Shown: piece by piece, positions 1 through 8,753 of the stretch
Numbering within the stretch: the first letter of the stretch is position 1
Layout: each line of letters begins with the position of its first letter
NCBI GenBank assembly: GCA_021800315.1
Contig: JAJYZD010000003.1
Coordinates: 1 to 32,824, forward strand
Length of the DNA: 32,824 nt
Direction of reading: 5' to 3'
Origin: Bacillota bacterium
GTDB taxonomy: Bacteria; Bacillota; Desulfotomaculia; Desulfotomaculales; JAJYZD01
The notes under the pieces: model-generated
The model's database searches: none
Told to the model about the DNA's origin: nothing
The model's input: only the letters and a program-made list of their open reading frames with translations
Program-made: the position numbers and the translations under genes

Positions 1-665
1 GCCAACTGGCTGGCACCGTCCGGTTTGGCGGCTTCCAGCCGTGCAGCGTATTGGGCCAGTTCGTCCAACATGATCAGAGCCTTTCGCTCACCCAGGACTT
101 TCTCAAAAAAAGGTTTCCCGGGGGCGGCATAAGAGCCGGCCTCGTCCTCCACCTCGCGGTAAAGGGCCTCCCCGCCCACCTGGTAAGCGATTTCCCCCCA
201 GAGGGTATAAGGTGTGAGGGCGTCACCCTTCGGTTTGTGAACCGGAATTTCGTCACCGGCCACCCCGACGACCACCACCGACCCGGGCCGGGGCAAAAGA
301 CCCGCATCGATAAGGCCGGCGGTTACACCCGCCAACTCCGTTCCCCTGCGCGCCACGTGCGTACAGGCCAGAAGGCTGTGCGTCTTACCGCCGCCAAAGG
401 CGGTTTCCAGGCGGTGGATGGCCGGTACGGTAAGGTCCCCCGCAATGCGCCCCAAAACCTCCGCCAGGGTGGTCCGGAGCCCCTGGGTCGCAAAAGTGAG
501 GTCCCGGAAAAAGATCTCCGCGTCGGCATAAACGGTATCGGGGGATTGCCGGCCGCCCCGGTAGCTCTCAATGACCGGTGTCAGCGAGGCCGTAAAAACC
601 TCCGGGTTAAACGTTCCGGCAAGTATTTCCGCTCGCGGTTCGCAGGCCTCAAATATAGATCGCAC
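1..665 (-). CDS. DUF499-family AAA+/P-loop ATPase, 5' part (runs off the window); likely defence-associated
   Basis: Not in the ORF track. Manual translation from GTG 665 (GAGG upstream) gives MRSIFEACEPRAEILAGTFNPEVFTASL...HRLETAFGGGKTHSL (Walker A)...YTLWGEIAYQVGG...LIMLDELAQY (Walker B), open to the edge. These motifs are typical of DUF499 proteins. Confidence 0.8.
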   Translation of the reverse strand, partial: MRSIFEACEPRAEILAGTFNPEVFTASLTPVIESYRGGRQSPDTVYADAEIFFRDLTFATQGLRTTLAEVLGRIAGDLTVPAIHRLETAFGGGKTHSLLACTHVARRGTELAGVTAGLIDAGLLPRPGSVVVVGVAGDEIPVHKPKGDALTPYTLWGEIAYQVGGEALYREVEDEAGSYAAPGKPFFEKVLGERKALIMLDELAQYAARLEAAKPDGASQL

Positions 666-1098
666 CTTACACCATCCTCAACCAGTTTAGTTCTTATTCC
701 AAAGCCGGACGAAAGCCGGATAAAACTGATGTATACCGGGATCGCCTGGCGAAGCATAAAGGTCAAATTCGACGGGAACCAATGATATCCTTTCTCTTGT
801 GGATTTTCACTCCGTTCTTCCTGGTAAACTTCGGCCGCATTCACCCCGCCAGACGGTCCCGCCGGCGTGGGAACAGGCCCACGGGCGCTCCAGGTGGTCG
901 CGGGAATCGTCCGGCAAACGAATTCTCCACGAAAACTCCTTCAGTTCCCTCATTCGGTCAATCAGCAGCCGGGCATCTTCCGAAACCGGGAAAGGAGTTG
1001 CCACCGTAGCGGAGAAGTAATAACCCGGCCCGGCGGCGCCCACGGTCCCGGCCGGTGGTCGGACGCCGGAACCCTTTCACTTCCCGGAGGTATATTTC

Positions 1099-2052
1099 TT
1101 GAACTGTTACCTGGGCATCGACGTAGGGTCGGTGAGCATCAACATCGTGGCCGTGGACGAAGCGGGGCAGGTCATATCCGGCCTCTACCTGCGCTCCCGG
1201 GGCCGTCCCCTGGAAGTCATCCTGGAGGGGCTCAAAGATACCGCATCCCGTCTCGGCGGGAACGTGACCGTGGCCGGCTGCGGCACGACGGGGAGCGGCC
1301 GATACCTGGCCGGGGTGATGACCGGGGCCGACGTCATCAAGAACGAGATCACGGCCCACGCCGTGGCCTCCTCCCTCGTCCGTCCCGACGTCCAGACCAT
1401 CCTGGAGATAGGCGGTCAGGACTCCAAGATCATCGTGCTGCGCCAGGGCATAGTCACCGATTTCGCCATGAACACCGTTTGCGCCGCCGGCACGGGATCC
1501 TTTCTGGACCAGCAGGCCGCCCGCCTGGGGATCCCCATCGAGGAGTTCGGATCCCTGGCGCTGGAATCCGGCAACGCGGTCCGCATCGCCGGACGCTGCA
1601 CCGTTTTCGCCGAATCGGACATGGTCCACAAACAACAACTGGGCCACCGGGTCCACGATATCATCCGGGGACTGTGCGAGGCCCTGGTACGCAACTACCT
1701 GAACAACGTGGGCAAGGGCAAGGAGATCCTCCCGCCGGTGCTGTTCCAGGGGGGCGTGGCCGCCAACATCGGTATCGTGGCCGCCTTCGAGCGCGCCCTG
1801 GGAATCCCCGTGCAGGTGCCGGACCACCACGACCTGATGGGTGCCCTCGGAGCCGCCCGCCTGGCCCGCGAGGCCGTGGAGCGCTCGGGAAGGACATCCT
1901 TCAAGGGCTTCGGCGTCAACGCCCTGCCCCACCGGACCAGCGGCTTCGAGTGCCACGGCTGTTCCAACGTGTGCGAGATCGTGGAAATCTACGAAGGAGA
2001 ACAGGTCATCGGCCGCTGGGGCTCGCGTTGCGGCCGGTGGGACATCTTTTGA
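1099..2052 (+). CDS. Acyl-CoA dehydratase activase (BadF/BadG/BcrA/BcrD, ASKHA ATPase) with C-terminal Cys-rich extension
   Basis: GGAGG RBS then TTG. Motifs YLGIDVGS, TTGSGR, NEITAH, EIGGQDSK, MNTVCAAGTGSFLD and AGRCTVFAESD (4Fe-4S Cys), FQGGVA, and C-terminal CHGCSNVC...SRCGRW. Confidence 0.9.
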   Translation: MNCYLGIDVGSVSINIVAVDEAGQVISGLYLRSRGRPLEVILEGLKDTASRLGGNVTVAGCGTTGSGRYLAGVMTGADVIKNEITAHAVASSLVRPDVQTILEIGGQDSKIIVLRQGIVTDFAMNTVCAAGTGSFLDQQAARLGIPIEEFGSLALESGNAVRIAGRCTVFAESDMVHKQQLGHRVHDIIRGLCEALVRNYLNNVGKGKEILPPVLFQGGVAANIGIVAAFERALGIPVQVPDHHDLMGALGAARLAREAVERSGRTSFKGFGVNALPHRTSGFECHGCSNVCEIVEIYEGEQVIGRWGSRCGRWDIF

Positions 2053-2057
2053 GTTTG

Positions 2058-2077
2058 GTGTATACTATCGTTTACAC
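2058..2077. promoter_or_regulatory. Putative upstream activating sequence for a sigma54 enhancer-binding protein
   Basis: Inverted repeat GTGTATA-CTATCG-TTTACAC (TGT-N12-ACA, TyrR-box-like), about 50 bp upstream of the -24/-12 element. Confidence 0.55.
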
Positions 2078-2127
2078 TACGAGCCGTTTCTTTCGACCGG
2101 AGACCGCCAAATCCCTTCCCCCCCGGG

Positions 2128-2145
2128 TTGGTATATCTTTTGCAT
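2128..2145 (+). promoter_or_regulatory. Putative sigma54 (-24/-12) promoter of the acyl-CoA dehydrogenase/mutase operon
   Basis: TTGGTATATCTTTTGCAT gives exact GG-N10-GC spacing in a TGGYAYR-N4-TTGCA context, 35 bp before the ATG at 2180. Confidence 0.7.
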
Positions 2146-2179
2146 AAGTACTCGCAAACAGATTTTGGGGGCGTGTTTC

Positions 2180-3316
2180 ATGTTTGAAATGAGCGAAGAA
2201 CAGCAACTGGTCCTGGAGACGGTCCGGCGTTTCGCCCGGGAGGAAGTGGCCCCCCGGGCCGCCCGCGTCGACCGGGAACATCTTTTCCCGCGCGAGAACC
2301 TTGAAGGCGCCAGGCGCCTGGGCCTGATGGGCATGCCGATACCGGAGCGGTGGGGCGGCGCCGGCTACGACTTCCTGTCCTACATGCTGGCCGTGGAGGA
2401 AATAGCGAAAGCCTGCGCCTCCACTGCGGTCATCCTGGCCGTCCACACTTCGATGGCCTGCTTTTCCGTCCTCAACTTCGGCACCCCGGCCCAGAAGGAA
2501 AAATACCTGACCCAACTGGCCGGCGGATCGCTCCTGGGCGCCTTCGCCATCACCGAGCCGGAGGCCGGCTCGGACGCCGGGGCATTGTCCATGCGTGCCG
2601 TACGCAAGGGTGACCGCTACATCGTCAACGGCACCAAGATTTTCATCACGTCCGCCGGAGCGGCCGACCTGTACGTCACCTTCGTGTCCACCGATCCCTC
2701 CCGCGGCGCCCGCGGCATCACGGCGCTGCTGGTGGAAAAGGACACCCCCGGTTTCCGGGTGGGTCGCCTGGAGGAAAAAATGGGGCTGCACGGCTCCCCG
2801 ACCGGCGAACTGATCTTTGAAAACGCGGAAGTTCCCGTAGAAAACATCCTGGGCGAGGAAAACAAGGGCTTTTCCTTGGCCATGTCCCTGTTGGAAGGCG
2901 GACGCATCGGCATCGGCGCCCAGGCGGTGGGCATCGCCACGGCCGCCCTGGAAACCGCCGTGGCCTACGCCCGTCAGCGGGTGCAGTTCCGCCAGAACAT
3001 CGCTTCCTTCCAGGGTATCCAGTTCATGCTGGCCGACATGGCCACCGCCGTGGACGCCGCCCGTCTCCTGGTCTACCGGGCCGCCTCCCTCAAGGACCGC
3101 GGCCAACCCCACGGCAAAGAGGCCTCCATGGCCAAGCTCTTCGCCACCGACACGGCCATGCAGGTGACGACGAACGCCGTCCAGGTGCTGGGCGGCTACG
3201 GCTACTGCCGCGAGTACCCGGTGGAAAGGTACATGCGCGACGCCAAGGTGACCCAGATTTACGAAGGAACCAGCCAGATCCAGCGCCTGGTCATCGCCAG
3301 GCATTTGACCAAATAG
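2180..3316 (+). CDS. Short/branched-chain acyl-CoA dehydrogenase (butyryl-CoA dehydrogenase family)
   Basis: True start is likely ATG 2180 (MFEMSEEQQLV) inside ORF 1841..3316. Motifs FAITEPEAGSDA, NGTKIFITS, EEKMGLHGSPT, LEGGRIGIGAQ, LGGYGY, and IYEGTSQIQ (catalytic Glu). Confidence 0.95.
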   Translation: MFEMSEEQQLVLETVRRFAREEVAPRAARVDREHLFPRENLEGARRLGLMGMPIPERWGGAGYDFLSYMLAVEEIAKACASTAVILAVHTSMACFSVLNFGTPAQKEKYLTQLAGGSLLGAFAITEPEAGSDAGALSMRAVRKGDRYIVNGTKIFITSAGAADLYVTFVSTDPSRGARGITALLVEKDTPGFRVGRLEEKMGLHGSPTGELIFENAEVPVENILGEENKGFSLAMSLLEGGRIGIGAQAVGIATAALETAVAYARQRVQFRQNIASFQGIQFMLADMATAVDAARLLVYRAASLKDRGQPHGKEASMAKLFATDTAMQVTTNAVQVLGGYGYCREYPVERYMRDAKVTQIYEGTSQIQRLVIARHLTK

Positions 3317-3327
3317 GGGGAGTAGGT

Positions 3328-3858
3328 TTGGCGGAGAAACAGCCAGGATTGGTGCAGGTATACACAGGCAACGGCAAGGGCAAGACCACCGCGGCCCTGG
3401 GGCTTGCCTGGCGGGCGGCGGGCCACGGCAAGCGGGTATTCATGCTGCAGTTCATGAAAGGCAGTCCGGATTACGGCGAAGTCAGGGCGGCCTCCCTGCT
3501 ACCCGGCTTTACCCTGGTTCAGAGCGGCCTGCCCACCTTCGTGGACAAGGTCCATCCCTCGCCGGAGGATCTGAGGCTGGCCGCCGAAGGACTGGACCGG
3601 GCGCGGCGGGAAATAAGCGAAGGGGACTGGGACCTGGTCATCCTGGACGAGGTTAACGTGGCCCTGGACTACGGCCTCATCCGGGCGGAGGATGTGGAGG
3701 CGATGATCCGCCAAAAACCGGCCGGGCTGGAACTGGTCCTGACCGGCCGTTACGCCCCGCGATCAATCGTCGCCCTGGCCGACCTGGTCAGCGAGGTCAC
3801 GCTGGTCAAACACCCTTACTACCGCGGGATCCAGGCCCGCCAAGGTATTGAGTACTAG
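3328..3858 (+). CDS. cobO: Cob(I)alamin/cob(I)yrinic acid a,c-diamide adenosyltransferase (CobO/BtuR/CobA type)
   Basis: Motifs QVYTGNGKGKTTAALG, QFMKG, LVILDEVNVA, ELVLTGR, ADLVSE, KHPY..GI.A..GIEY. Confidence 0.93.
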   Translation: MAEKQPGLVQVYTGNGKGKTTAALGLAWRAAGHGKRVFMLQFMKGSPDYGEVRAASLLPGFTLVQSGLPTFVDKVHPSPEDLRLAAEGLDRARREISEGDWDLVILDEVNVALDYGLIRAEDVEAMIRQKPAGLELVLTGRYAPRSIVALADLVSEVTLVKHPYYRGIQARQGIEY

Positions 3859-3879
3859 CCGCGAAGGAGGTTTTTATTC

Positions 3880-5541
3880 GTGGGTCAAGACGACTTGAAA
3901 CCGGATCCGGAAAGGGAAGCCTGGCGGGCCAAACGATCCCAATTGCCCGACCGTCCGGTTGACTTCACATCCCTTTCCGGCCTGGAGCTTGCCGAACTCT
4001 ATACGCCGGAGGACCTTTCCGGCTTCGATTACGGACGCGACCTGGGCTATCCCGGCCGGTATCCCTACACACGCGGCGTGCAGACGAACATGTACCGGGG
4101 ACGCCTTTGGACCATGCGCCAGTTCGCCGGCTTCGCCTGCGCGGCGGAGAGCAACGCCCGTTACAAGTTCCTGTTGGAACGGGGCACCTCCGGCCTCTCC
4201 GTGGCTTTCGACATGCCCACCATCATGGGATACGATTCCGACCACCCGCGGGCCTGCGGCGAGGTCGGCCGGGTCGGAGTGGCCATCGACTCCCTGGCCG
4301 ACATGGAGACCCTGTTCGCCGGCATTCCCCTGGACCGGGTCAGCACCTCCATGACCATCAACGCCCCGGCCCCGGTCATCTGGGCCATGTACATCGCCAC
4401 GGCGGAAAGGCAGGGCGTGAGCCCCGGGAAGCTGACCGGCACCATCCAAAACGACATTCTGAAGGAATACATGGCGCAGAAGTCCTGGATCTTCCCGCCC
4501 GAACCCTCCCTGCGCCTCATTACCGACATTTTCGCCTTCGCCGCCGACTTTGTTCCCCACTGGAACACGGTCAGCATCAGCGGTTACCACATCCGGGAAG
4601 CCGGCTCCACCGCCGCGCAGGAACTGGCCTTCACCCTGGCCGACGGCTTCGCCTACGTGGAAGCGGGCATCAAGGCCGGTCTTTCCGTGGACCGCTTCGC
4701 CCCCCGCCTCTCCTTCTTCTTCAACTCGCACATTGATTTCTTCGAGGAGATCGCCAAGATGCGGGCGGCCAGGCGCATCTGGGCCCGGCACATGAAGGAG
4801 AAATACGGGGCCAGGGATCCCCACTCGCTGCTCCTGCGCTTCCACACCCAGACCGCCGGCTGCAGCCTGACCGCCCAGCAGCCGGAGAACAACGTGGTTC
4901 GCACCGCCTACCAGGCGCTGGCCGCGGTTTTAGCCGGCACCCAGTCCCTGCACACCAACTCCCTGGACGAGGTCCTCGCCCTGCCGACGGAAAAGGCAGT
5001 CCAGATAGCGCTGCGCACCCAGCAGATCATCGCCCATGAAACCGGCGTGACCAACGTCATCGACCCCCTGGCCGGCTCCTACTTCGTTGAATCTTTGACC
5101 AACCGGATGGAGGAGGAAGCCGAAAGGTACTTCGCCGAAATCGAACGCCGTGGCGGCGTCATCGCCGCCATCGACCAGAATTTCTTCCAGCAGGAGATCG
5201 CCGACGCCGCCTACCGCTTCCAGCAGGCCGTGGACAACGGCCGGCGCATCGTGGTTGGAGTGAACGACTTTGTCGATCCGGCGGAAAACATCGATATCGA
5301 GCTTTTGCGCATCGACCCGGCCGTAGAGCGCGACCAGGTGGAGCGACTCCACCAACTGCGGACGGGCCGGGACAACCTGACGGTCGGCGAAAAACTGGAC
5401 GACCTGCGGCAGGCCGCCGAAGGCACCGCCAACCTGATGCCCTTCATTCTGGCGGCCGCACGGGTCTACGCCACTGAGGGCGAGATCATCCAGGTCTTCC
5501 GCGAGGTATTCGGAGAATACCGGGAGAAGCCGGTATTTTGA
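3880..5541 (+). CDS. icmA: AdoCbl-dependent acyl-CoA mutase large (substrate-binding) subunit, isobutyryl-CoA mutase type
   Basis: AAGGAGG RBS. Motifs [73 protein letters not shown]. Phe and Gln occupy the specificity positions where MCM has Tyr and Arg. Confidence 0.85.
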   Translation: MGQDDLKPDPEREAWRAKRSQLPDRPVDFTSLSGLELAELYTPEDLSGFDYGRDLGYPGRYPYTRGVQTNMYRGRLWTMRQFAGFACAAESNARYKFLLERGTSGLSVAFDMPTIMGYDSDHPRACGEVGRVGVAIDSLADMETLFAGIPLDRVSTSMTINAPAPVIWAMYIATAERQGVSPGKLTGTIQNDILKEYMAQKSWIFPPEPSLRLITDIFAFAADFVPHWNTVSISGYHIREAGSTAAQELAFTLADGFAYVEAGIKAGLSVDRFAPRLSFFFNSHIDFFEEIAKMRAARRIWARHMKEKYGARDPHSLLLRFHTQTAGCSLTAQQPENNVVRTAYQALAAVLAGTQSLHTNSLDEVLALPTEKAVQIALRTQQIIAHETGVTNVIDPLAGSYFVESLTNRMEEEAERYFAEIERRGGVIAAIDQNFFQQEIADAAYRFQQAVDNGRRIVVGVNDFVDPAENIDIELLRIDPAVERDQVERLHQLRTGRDNLTVGEKLDDLRQAAEGTANLMPFILAAARVYATEGEIIQVFREVFGEYREKPVF

Positions 5542-5554
5542 GGGGGCATAACAC

Positions 5555-5956
5555 ATGACGGTGAGAAAGATAAGGGTGTTAATGGCCAAACCGGGCCTGG
5601 ACGGCCATGACCGGGGGGTCAGGGTGATTGCCCGGGGCCTGCGGGACGCCGGCATGGAAGTGGTTTACACCGGGCTGCACCAGACCGCCGAACAGGTGGT
5701 AACCGCCGCCGTCCAGGAGGACGTGGACGTGGTGGGACTCTCTATCCTCTCCGGCGCCCACATGACCTTCTTCCCCCGGGTCAACGAACTCCTCAGGGAA
5801 AGGGGAGCCGGGGACATCATGGTCATCGGCGGCGGCACCATTCCCGAGGCCGATATCCGGGAGTTGAAGGAGAAAGGCTGGGCCGCCGAGATCTTTACGC
5901 CGGGCACCAGTCTGGAGAAGATTGTGGGGTGGATCCAGGCCAACGTCAAAGTCTAG
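5555..5956 (+). CDS. icmB: Acyl-CoA mutase small (B12-binding) subunit
   Basis: [11 protein letters not shown] (DxHxxG), [22 protein letters not shown]; directly follows the large subunit. Confidence 0.9.
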   Translation: MTVRKIRVLMAKPGLDGHDRGVRVIARGLRDAGMEVVYTGLHQTAEQVVTAAVQEDVDVVGLSILSGAHMTFFPRVNELLRERGAGDIMVIGGGTIPEADIRELKEKGWAAEIFTPGTSLEKIVGWIQANVKV

Positions 5957-5967
5957 CGAGCGGGCTT

Positions 5968-6000
5968 GGGGAGGGCCGGGCACGATGCCCGGCCCTCCCC
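5968..6000. other. Perfect intergenic GC-rich hairpin (15-bp stem, 3-nt loop), no U-tract
   Basis: GGGGAGGGCCGGGCA-CGA-TGCCCGGCCCTCCCC between the mutase small subunit and MBL genes. Confidence 0.75.
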
Positions 6001-6020
6001 AGCAGAAGGTGGTGACCGCC

Positions 6021-6941
6021 ATGCTTCAGCAGATCACCGGCAATTTCCACTTCGTGGAACGCGGCTGGCTCAGTGCCAACCACTTTGTCTACAACGGCAG
6101 GCGCAGGATGCTGATCGATACCGGTTACCAGACGCACCTGGGCCAAACCCTGGACCTGATACGGCAAACCGGCCTCGACCCCCGCTCGGTGGATTTGATT
6201 GTCTCGACCCACGGCCACTGCGATCATGTCGGCGGCAACCGCTTCATCCAGGAGTTGTCCGGCTGCGAAATAGCCATGCACGCCATAGACCGGCGGTTCA
6301 TCGAAGCCCGGGACGACTACCATACATGGTGGAGCTATTACGACCAGCAGGCCGACTTTTTCCCCGTCCACCGCTCCCTGGCGGACGGCGAGAACATCGA
6401 CCTGGACGATCTCACCCTGGAAGTGTTGCACGTGCCAGGGCACGCCGCCGGTCAGATCGCCCTGTACTGCCCGAAGTTCCGCTTTCTGATCGCCGCCGAC
6501 GCACTCTGGCAGGGCGACTTCGGCGTCCTGACCCCCGCCGTCGACGGCCCCGCGGCTCCCCTCCTGCAGCAAAGCACCTTGGACCGGTTGGCCGCCCTAC
6601 CGCTCGCCGTCATCTATCCCGGCCACGGCCCCGTCATTCGCGACTCGCGGCTGGCCATCGACCGCTGCCGGAGAAGGATTGAACGGTTCCTCGCCGAACC
6701 GGCCGCCATGGCCCGCGACCAGGTGAAGAAGATCATCCTCTATGCCCTGCTCATGAAAGAAGGCTGTCACGAGGCGGACTTCTTCCCTTACCTGATGACA
6801 ACCCCCTGGTACCCGCAAACGGTCGATCTTTTCTTTCCCCAACGCTACCGGGAACTGTACGATGACGTCATGGCGGAACTGGTGCGCCGGAATCTGGTCA
6901 TCCGGTCCGGTCAACGCCTGGCAGCGGCTTTGAGGGCCTGA
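6021..6941 (+). CDS. MBL-fold metallo-hydrolase
   Basis: Start ATG 6021 after AAGGTGG. Motifs LIDTG, THGHCDHVGG (HxHxDH), PGHAAG, AADAL, IYPGHG. Confidence 0.9.
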   Translation: MLQQITGNFHFVERGWLSANHFVYNGRRRMLIDTGYQTHLGQTLDLIRQTGLDPRSVDLIVSTHGHCDHVGGNRFIQELSGCEIAMHAIDRRFIEARDDYHTWWSYYDQQADFFPVHRSLADGENIDLDDLTLEVLHVPGHAAGQIALYCPKFRFLIAADALWQGDFGVLTPAVDGPAAPLLQQSTLDRLAALPLAVIYPGHGPVIRDSRLAIDRCRRRIERFLAEPAAMARDQVKKIILYALLMKEGCHEADFFPYLMTTPWYPQTVDLFFPQRYRELYDDVMAELVRRNLVIRSGQRLAAALRA

Positions 6942-7037
6942 CCCGGACGGAGCATCCTGACGCTCGGGAACCAACCTTGGTTTCCTCATCTGTCGAACCC
7001 AAACCACGTCACGATAACCACCGGAACGGTTCCATGT

Positions 7038-7247
7038 TCAGGACCCGGCAGCCCTAAACCGGCGAAATACCGTCGATATGGACGCGACAGCCAGCCGGGA
7101 TTGCCAACCCAAACCAGCCACCAGGACGCCGGCCATGATGAAACCAAAGCCCGCCGCTTTAGCCCGGGTGAGAAAGTCCGTACCCCAAACCAGGGAGACC
7201 GGGAACGCGAACACCGACTCCAGGCTGAGAATGAGGGCGGCGTGGTG
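7038..7247 (-). pseudogene. 3' remnant of an EamA/DMT-family transporter
   Basis: HAALILSLESVFAFPVSLVWGTDFLTRAKAAGFGFIMAGVLVAGL resembles the last two helices of EamA proteins (AAxIxxLEPVFA...GE.LT...G..LI.GV). The upstream part is replaced by the sugar porter region. Confidence 0.6.
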
Positions 7248-7395
7248 AAGCCTACCTTTGGCGATGGTGCCGATAGAGGAATTCCATAAACTGCAGGAAT
7301 CGTCCTGTAAGGATATGGGCATAGTAAGCGCATCTAATTTCCGGCCGGCAGTTCGCGAAAAACGCGAATCACAGCAGGTGAGGTGGAAAATATCC

Positions 7396-8739
7396 TTGTC
7401 TAAAGAGGCCTTTTTGGCAAAAGCCAACACCAGAAAACTGCGCCCTTTTTGCTACGTGGTAGCAATCGTCGCGGCCATTGGCGGCCTCCTTTTCGGCTAT
7501 GATACCGGGGTTGTCTCCGGAGCCATACTCTTTGTAAAACAAGGGTTCCACATGAATTATGTTCAGCAGGAACTAGCCGTCAGCTCCGTACTCATGGGCG
7601 CGGTGCCAGGGGCGGCCATGGGCGGCATGCTTTCCGACCGCTTCGGTCGCCGGTCCATGATGATCATAACCGCAGTTATCTTTTTGATTTTTGCCCTTTT
7701 GACCTCGCTTACCCAAAACACTTGGCAATTCATGGCGGTCAGATTCATAGTGGGACTGGCCATCGGCGTCGAAGCCCTGATATCACCTATGTTTATTGCC
7801 GAAATTGCACCGGCCGCTGTGCGGGGCCTGCTTGTTACCCTTGACCAACTGGCCATAACTTTCGGCATTGCCACATCCTACCTTGCCGACTATCTCGTCT
7901 CGCCCCACTGGCGCGCTATGTTTGCTTTTGCCGCAATCCCGGCCCTGGTACTGACCGTAGGCATGTTCCTTCTTCCGGAAAGCCCCCGCTGGCTGGTGGT
8001 AAACGGTAAATTAAAAGATGGCTTTGTTGCTTTGAGTAGGATAGACGGAGTTAAACAAGCTAAGGAAGACCTTAAGGAGATAGAAAACAGTATAAGGGAG
8101 AGCAAATTTGGTTGGCGCGAAATCCTAGAGAACAAACTCCGCAAACCCCTTATTATTGGTGTGCTCTTGGCTATATTTCAGCAGTTAACCGGTATCAATA
8201 CCATAATATATTACTCACCAACCATTTTTTCGATGGCCGGCTACGGGTCAGCGGCAGCCATCGGAGCAACCGCCATCGTCGGCTCGATTAATATAATTTC
8301 CACCATTATATCTCTCCTTTTAGTAGATAAATGGGGAAGAAGACCTCTTCTCCTGGCTGGTGTAAGTGGTATGGTGATATCACTTATCCTTATCGGAGCT
8401 TTCGTTGGCATTTATCATCGGGGGGGGATATTTCTCATGGTTACTCTCCTTGCTTATGTATTTTCTTTTGCTATTGGCCTTGGACCGGTTTTCTGGCTGT
8501 TTATTTCGGAAATATACCCGTCACGCATCAGGGGTACAGGAATGTCGTTTGCCAATGTGGCCAATTGGGCAACCAACTTGGCGGTTTCAATTACCTTTCT
8601 TTCTATCGTAAATAGAGTTGGAATGGGAAATACGATGTTTATCTATGCCGGCATGGGTATAGCGGCTTTGCTCTTTATCTTTTTCTTTATTCCGGAAACA
8701 AAAGGCAAGAGCCTGGAGGAAATCGAAAAACTTTTTTAG
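7396..8739 (+). CDS. Sugar porter family MFS transporter
   Basis: Likely start TTG 7396 after GAGGTG (the track ORF begins at 7258). Motifs GGLLFGYDTG, SDRFGRR, PMFIAEIAP, PESPRWL, QQLTGINTIIYY, DKWGRR, SEIYP..IRG, PETKGKSLEEI. Confidence 0.95.
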   Translation: MSKEAFLAKANTRKLRPFCYVVAIVAAIGGLLFGYDTGVVSGAILFVKQGFHMNYVQQELAVSSVLMGAVPGAAMGGMLSDRFGRRSMMIITAVIFLIFALLTSLTQNTWQFMAVRFIVGLAIGVEALISPMFIAEIAPAAVRGLLVTLDQLAITFGIATSYLADYLVSPHWRAMFAFAAIPALVLTVGMFLLPESPRWLVVNGKLKDGFVALSRIDGVKQAKEDLKEIENSIRESKFGWREILENKLRKPLIIGVLLAIFQQLTGINTIIYYSPTIFSMAGYGSAAAIGATAIVGSINIISTIISLLLVDKWGRRPLLLAGVSGMVISLILIGAFVGIYHRGGIFLMVTLLAYVFSFAIGLGPVFWLFISEIYPSRIRGTGMSFANVANWATNLAVSITFLSIVNRVGMGNTMFIYAGMGIAALLFIFFFIPETKGKSLEEIEKLF

Positions 8740-8753
8740 GGGAGTGGCTTCTT

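Noticed and set aside
51-785. 244-aa plus-strand ORF
   Set aside because: Antisense shadow of the DUF499 ATPase; no motifs of its own.
807-1043. 78-aa minus-strand ORF and overlapping short ORFs between DUF499 and the activase
   Set aside because: No RBS or recognisable family. It may be a decayed gene, but this cannot be supported.
867-2147. Long Arg/Gly/Pro-rich alternative-frame and antisense ORFs here and elsewhere (e.g. 2072..3304, 15408..16538, 18299..19495, 20294..21985, 29471..30607)
   Set aside because: Typical shadow ORFs of high-GC coding sequence overlapping well-supported genes.
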